From: Paraphysomonas bandaiensis
Lineage: Eukaryota; Protista; Chrysophyceae
Length of the DNA stretch: 64,000 bases
Assembly: GCA_965644295.1 (NCBI GenBank)
Contig: CBFFRP010000284.1
Location: forward strand, 158,766 to 222,765
Reading direction: 5' to 3'
In this document: piece by piece, positions 59,270 through 64,000 of the stretch
Layout: each line of letters starts with the position of its first letter
Position numbering within the stretch: the first letter of the stretch is position 1
Notes under the pieces: model-generated
What the model was told of the DNA's origin: nothing
Seen by the model: the letters and a program-made list of their open reading frames with translations, nothing else
The model's database searches: none
Made by a program: the position numbers and the translations under genes

Positions 59270-60804
59270 CTATTTCTTTTTCGCAGTTACATTAAACATA
59301 AAGTGTATAATATCTCCATCCTGGACGATGTAGCTCTTTCCTTCCTGTCTGTACTTCCCTGCTGCCTTAATAGGACCCATAGACTTTCCTGTCGCCAGCT
59401 CTTTAAAGTCGTTAAATGCAACAACTTCTGCCTTAATAAATCCTCTCTCAAAGTCAGTATGAATGGCCCCAGCAGCTTCAGGTGCAGTGGCTCCCAATGG
59501 CACTGTCCAGGCTCGTACTTCGGGCTCTCCAGCGGTGAAGAAGTATATCAACTGCAGAACATTGTATCCAACCTTAACAATTCGTGGGAGAACCGACTTG
59601 AGGCCATTGGACTCCGCGAGGAAAGCTTGCTTGGCCTCGGGGTCATTTTTTAAATCCCATAACTCCTGTTCCCACTCTATCGAGAAAGGAATGATTGTTC
59701 CACCACCGTGACTCTTCACCCAATCGTTAATGGGCGCGAACCACTTATTGGCTTTGCGCAAAAACGAGCGCTTGTCTACGTTTACAAGATACACTATGGG
59801 TTTCAGAGTGATTGCAAGAGGAATCGTGTCGTTAATACGAGCCACTTCTTCAATAGACCAATCACCGGAGCGGAGGGGAATGTTATTCTCAATCCTATAA
59901 AATACTCATTAGCCTCCTAGATTTTAGTGGATAGGTAGTATGATGAGTACGACACGTCACAGATGCAGTATGATAATTCGTCGCAAATCTCACATGTGGT
60001 CAATCTTCTCCATTGTCTCGTAGTAGGCGGGAGGAGGCTTGCGCTTGGGGTCCTTCTTGAGTTCGAGTTCCTTCTTTTCCTTTACAGACTGAATGTAGGC
60101 CGCATCCTTGCGGCAGAGCTCGTACATGATAGTCTCAAGATCTCTCACAGGGTCCTACGTATACATTACATTACGCACAAGTTGCAACGGTGAACTTCAG
60201 ACAACGCACCACTGAGTCGTCGACGTGAACCACCTCAGGATTATCGAATGCACGAACAACATGATAAAGACCATCGACAGCCTGGATATGACTTAAAAAG
60301 GCATTTCCTAACCCGGCTCCCTCAGAGGCACCGCGAATAAGACCGGCAATATCAGTTACGTGTAAGTAGGCTGGAATGATACTCGCTGGCTGCCAAAGAT
60401 CGCAAAGCCATTTGAAACGTTGGTCAGGAACAGGGCATCTGCTCTCATTAGGGTCCTGTATATGCTAATGTCAGATAATACATAAAAATGTAACACGTTA
60501 CGCACAATGGTACAAAACCTGAAAGCAAAAATCTTAATTAGTTGATAGTAAGTTACGGATAGTGAGACACACTTACGGATAGTTCTCAGCTTGAGCGGAC
60601 TGTTCAGTCAAGAGATTAAACAGAGAACTCTTTCCAACATTTGGAAGACCTAAAATCCCCTGTATAATGAAGATAAGAGTGATGATTAGTGGTTTAATTG
60701 GAGGGATCACTATGAAATTATACCATCTTTAAATTTGATTTGACTCTTCCAAATCGGACGATTGGAGGGGCCTCCACTGCTGATTTCTTCCCCTGAGTTG
60801 CCAT
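59270..60804 (-). CDS. OLA1: Obg-like ATPase 1 (YchF family), multi-intron
   Basis: [75 protein letters not shown]. Confidence 0.97.
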
Positions 60805-61279
60805 TGTAGGTGATTTGCTTGGTTACTGAATGTGTATGTGGAGATATGGAATTGATGAGGTGGATGCATGCATGTATAGCCAGCTCTGTGCTGTATGATA
60901 GTTAGGGACTGCTGATCGTGTTTTTTGAGGCCTTAACTATCACACACTCCATCTCGACCACACAATACAAAAAATATCACCATAGAAGAATGTAAAGAAC
61001 ACAATGAGATGGAAAGTTAACGGGGAGACTTGGATTTGAACGGGTTGTGGAGTAGTGTGGACGGTTAGAGGTGATTATACAGCAGGTAGGAGGGTATAAA
61101 ATACAGACGTATAATCGACACATACAGAGTGTACGTATGTATATATAGCTACGTCAACTGCTGCTATGTATGTATGTATACTTGGCACTGTACAGCAGTG
61201 TGTATCTATGCATCTATATGCATGTCTTCCACTCATATCACAAGCCAAATAAGCCTCTTATGAGTCATTAATCATTCCA

Positions 61280-62271
61280 ATGCCTAATCCAGACATAGAT
61301 ATAAGCCCCAGTGTAGAGGGGCTTGTGTTTGGGTGTGATGGCACTCTAGTCGACTCAACTCCAGCTTACTGGAAGTATATCACTATACATACCCGTATCA
61401 GTGTGATCTGTTACACACAGGGCGTGGAATCAAGTCAGAGATTTGTATGGCTTTAAACCACTATCTTTAGAATGGTATAATTCGATATCCAATGAGCCCC
61501 CAGAAGTGGTAATTGATAGGCTACTGCAGCAAGGTGATTATATATGAAAGCTCTCGTTGATGTTAACTGAGGTCTCACTATGCAACAGATAAGTCCTCTT
61601 TAGACCCGAAGGAAGTCCATAGCTCTTTTATCAGGTTGTGTTATTTATTTTGTTGTTTATAAACTAAAATTGTGTCCGGTAGATTCATTGAACGGGCTCT
61701 GTTTGATGTTGGAACCCCTATAATTCCTCCTACTGTGGACATCGTACGTAAATATCACAAGACATTACCCATTGTAATTGCTACGGAGCGTCGACGAGAT
61801 ATGGTGATTCAATTCTTGAGCTCCACCGGTATCTTGCACTTATTCGATGCCATTGTCACACCTGCTGATGCCAAGAGTACAAATCTGACCGATCTGTACG
61901 CTACAGCAGCCAGACAGATAAAGTGTGATCCTTCTAAATGTAAGGGTTTTGATATGGACGACCGTCGCTTGCAAACCATGCAACAATGCGGAATGGAAAC
62001 TGTGGATGTAAGGCAGTTGTCAGAGTACCCTGTGTATGACTCGGAACATCCTCTTGCAGCCATGGGCTGCCCGAGATACGAAGATTCTAGCGCTGGATAC
62101 AACGTCAGTATGTATATTTATATACTCTTGCCTTTTTTAGCCATAGTAGTTACGTGGATGTTGAACACCTACGTTGGTATAGACCTGTTTTCACTTTTGG
62201 ATTGTGCCAATTGTCACCTTCTTAATTTATTGGATTTGAAGAGGTGGACAAACGATTATAACTTGATATAG
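61280..62271 (+). CDS. HAD-superfamily (beta-PGM/YqaB-like) protein with degenerate catalytic motifs and a C-terminal TM helix
   Basis: GLVFGCDGTLVDS (canonical FDxDGTL), LFDAIVT, DPSKCKGFD, GMETVDVR; three introns. Confidence 0.75.
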
Positions 62272-62760
62272 ATATCATAAGTAAGTTTAATATTATACTA
62301 TTGTTAGATCCTTGTCATCAATACGCCCGTTTAAAAAGTAACAGAAACATGGTGGCATGGAGTGCCTAGTAATTTATCATGCATGCTGTGGGAAGTTAAC
62401 ATAGTTTCCGTGTATTGCTACAGTTACTCTAAAACGTCACACCACTATACGATGATTGAATTTCTGGTTATTACAACTGAGTTAGTCTAGGTCTAGATGC
62501 CCATTGACGTTTCGTGTTAAAATGCTTGCTTCTGATATTACACGTGATTACATATTCCTACGGCAATTTTATCAATGCGTCATCGATCATCGAAACGTTT
62601 CCTTACTTCATAGAAAACGAGGGAGGCGGGACAAGGACAAGCCTTTTTCTACCCCAACCCCTCAAGGGGCCTCTTCTCTTCGAGTGTTTCCAATTACAAC
62701 CTTCGGTTGTAATTCCTTCTCTTTGTAAGTTTAACTTATAACTTATTAATAATAAGTTAT

Positions 62761-62858
62761 AATTACTTTATATATTATTTATATTCTTAAATAAAATTAA
62801 TTACTTTATATATTATTTATATTCTTAAATAAAATTAATTACTTTATATATTATTTAT
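62761..62858. repeat. 38-bp AT-rich tandem repeat (~2.6 copies)
   Basis: aattactttatatattatttatattcttaaataaaatt at 62761, 62799 and partially at 62837. Confidence 0.95.
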
Positions 62859-63306
62859 AATGTTTATAATAAAAAGTAATATAGATAGTAAAGTAGATTT
62901 AATAAGTAGATTTAATAGTAGATATAGGGGGAGGGAAAAATTAAAATGAAAAATAATTTAAATTTGTAAGGTTTGTAAAACCCCGGGATTCTACCATAAA
63001 AACTACTTATTAAATCTACTTTGTTATCTATATGACTTTTTTATAATAATGTATAATGGCAATGCTTAAAGCTCTGGAATGTAGTTGTAGTGATATAATG
63101 GCGAAGCTTTAAGCAAAAACTCATAAAACCTTGAATTCTAATTTAAATATAGAATATAATAATGTAATGCTATATTATATATAGATGTCAATTTATACAA
63201 AGCCGAAAACAAGCAATAATGCCATTTTCAATGCAGAAAATCATAAACAGATTGAAAATATATATAAAATGGTTTAAAAAGAAATTATTATATATATATT
63301 ATTACT

Positions 63307-63813
63307 ATGATTGAAGAATGGAAAGTGATTGATGGATACAACAATAATTATAGTGTATCAAACAAAGGAAATGTGAAGAATAATAAGACAGATAAGATAT
63401 TGAAACCTAGATTAGACAGACATGGTTATTACAGATTGAACATACGTTTGAATAAAAAGCATAAAACACTTAAGATTCATAGATTAGTGGCTTTAACATT
63501 CATTCCGAATCCAGAAAATAAACCCCATGTAGATCATATAAATAATATCAAAACAGATAACAATGTTAATAATTTGAGATGGGTCACGCACTCAGAGAAT
63601 CAATATAACAAAAAGTTAAGCAAAGCAAATACATCAGGTGTAAAAGGTGTACATTATGACAAAAGACATAAGAAATGGAGAGCGCAAATACAATTAGACG
63701 GCATTAATATCCACATTGGATACTTTGATACAATAGAAGAAGCAAAACAAGCAAGAATAAAAAGAGCGAATAAAGCATTCGGAGTCTTTACGAATGCCTG
63801 TGAAAGAGAATAA
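63307..63813 (+). CDS. NUMOD4 - HNH - AP2 homing-type endonuclease
   Basis: EEWKVIDGY..YSVSNKGNVKN (NUMOD4); HRLVA..FIPNP...VDHIN..KTDN...NLRWVT.SEN (HNH); TSGVKGV...KWRAQI...IGYFDT.EEA..AR (AP2). Confidence 0.93.
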   Translation: MIEEWKVIDGYNNNYSVSNKGNVKNNKTDKILKPRLDRHGYYRLNIRLNKKHKTLKIHRLVALTFIPNPENKPHVDHINNIKTDNNVNNLRWVTHSENQYNKKLSKANTSGVKGVHYDKRHKKWRAQIQLDGINIHIGYFDTIEEAKQARIKRANKAFGVFTNACERE

Positions 63814-64000
63814 TAGCCTCACATAACAATAACAATAAATGTAACGAATACGATACATACACCAATCAATGACAATGTGCCTGATATGCACTCATAATGA
63901 CATCATATTTCCTTTATTTCCATGCTTGTTATATGTCACAATGATATAGACACAATGACAATGAATATTATGAATGAATATAATGAATGAATATATACTC

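Larger units (their letters stand above)
62736..64000. mobile_element. AT-rich segment, probably the edge of an endogenous virus / Polinton-like element (runs off the window)
   Basis: Abrupt drop in GC; palindromes and tandem repeats; intronless viral-type HNH gene. Confidence 0.55.

Noticed and set aside
1-64000. tRNA, rRNA or snRNA genes
   Set aside because: No cloverleaf, box A/B or rRNA signature recognised by eye; a tRNAscan-SE/Infernal run would be needed to exclude them

Overview
Gene-dense eukaryotic nuclear DNA with short (~35-60 nt) GT-AG introns and divergent gene pairs. It is most consistent with a stramenopile-type protist, but the taxon is an inference. Host genes: kelch protein, Tudor/Agenet membrane protein, very large C2-gelsolin/villin protein, GH13 alpha-amylase, FkbM methyltransferase, TIR/HET-like-ankyrin protein, GH3 beta-xylosidase, a secreted bacterial-type propeller/helical protein, OCA-type pseudophosphatase, SHIPPO/ODF3-like protein, XRN2, SAICAR synthase, Ku80, a small ankyrin protein, OLA1 and a HAD-like pseudoenzyme. 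The most unusual part is an ~11-kb accessory island (~34.9-45.9 kb) between diverged direct repeats. It holds a decayed two-ORF PIF/Harbinger-superfamily (Pangu-like, ATT-flanked) transposon, a hAT remnant, and a Crinkler-type P-loop NTPase + PD-(D/E)xK nuclease gene lacking an obvious header domain. The nuclease-only 3' end of that gene is present in 7 near-identical 892-bp tandem units, each starting at an in-frame ATG. Other notable items: a ~400-nt highly foldable non-coding repeat family (4 copies, two forming an inverted pair), a nested ~325-nt fold-back locus, hAT-type MITEs, and an abrupt AT-rich, palindrome-rich segment at the right end with a NUMOD4-HNH-AP2 endonuclease that looks like the edge of an endogenous virus. 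All calls come from reading motifs by eye; no searches were run.
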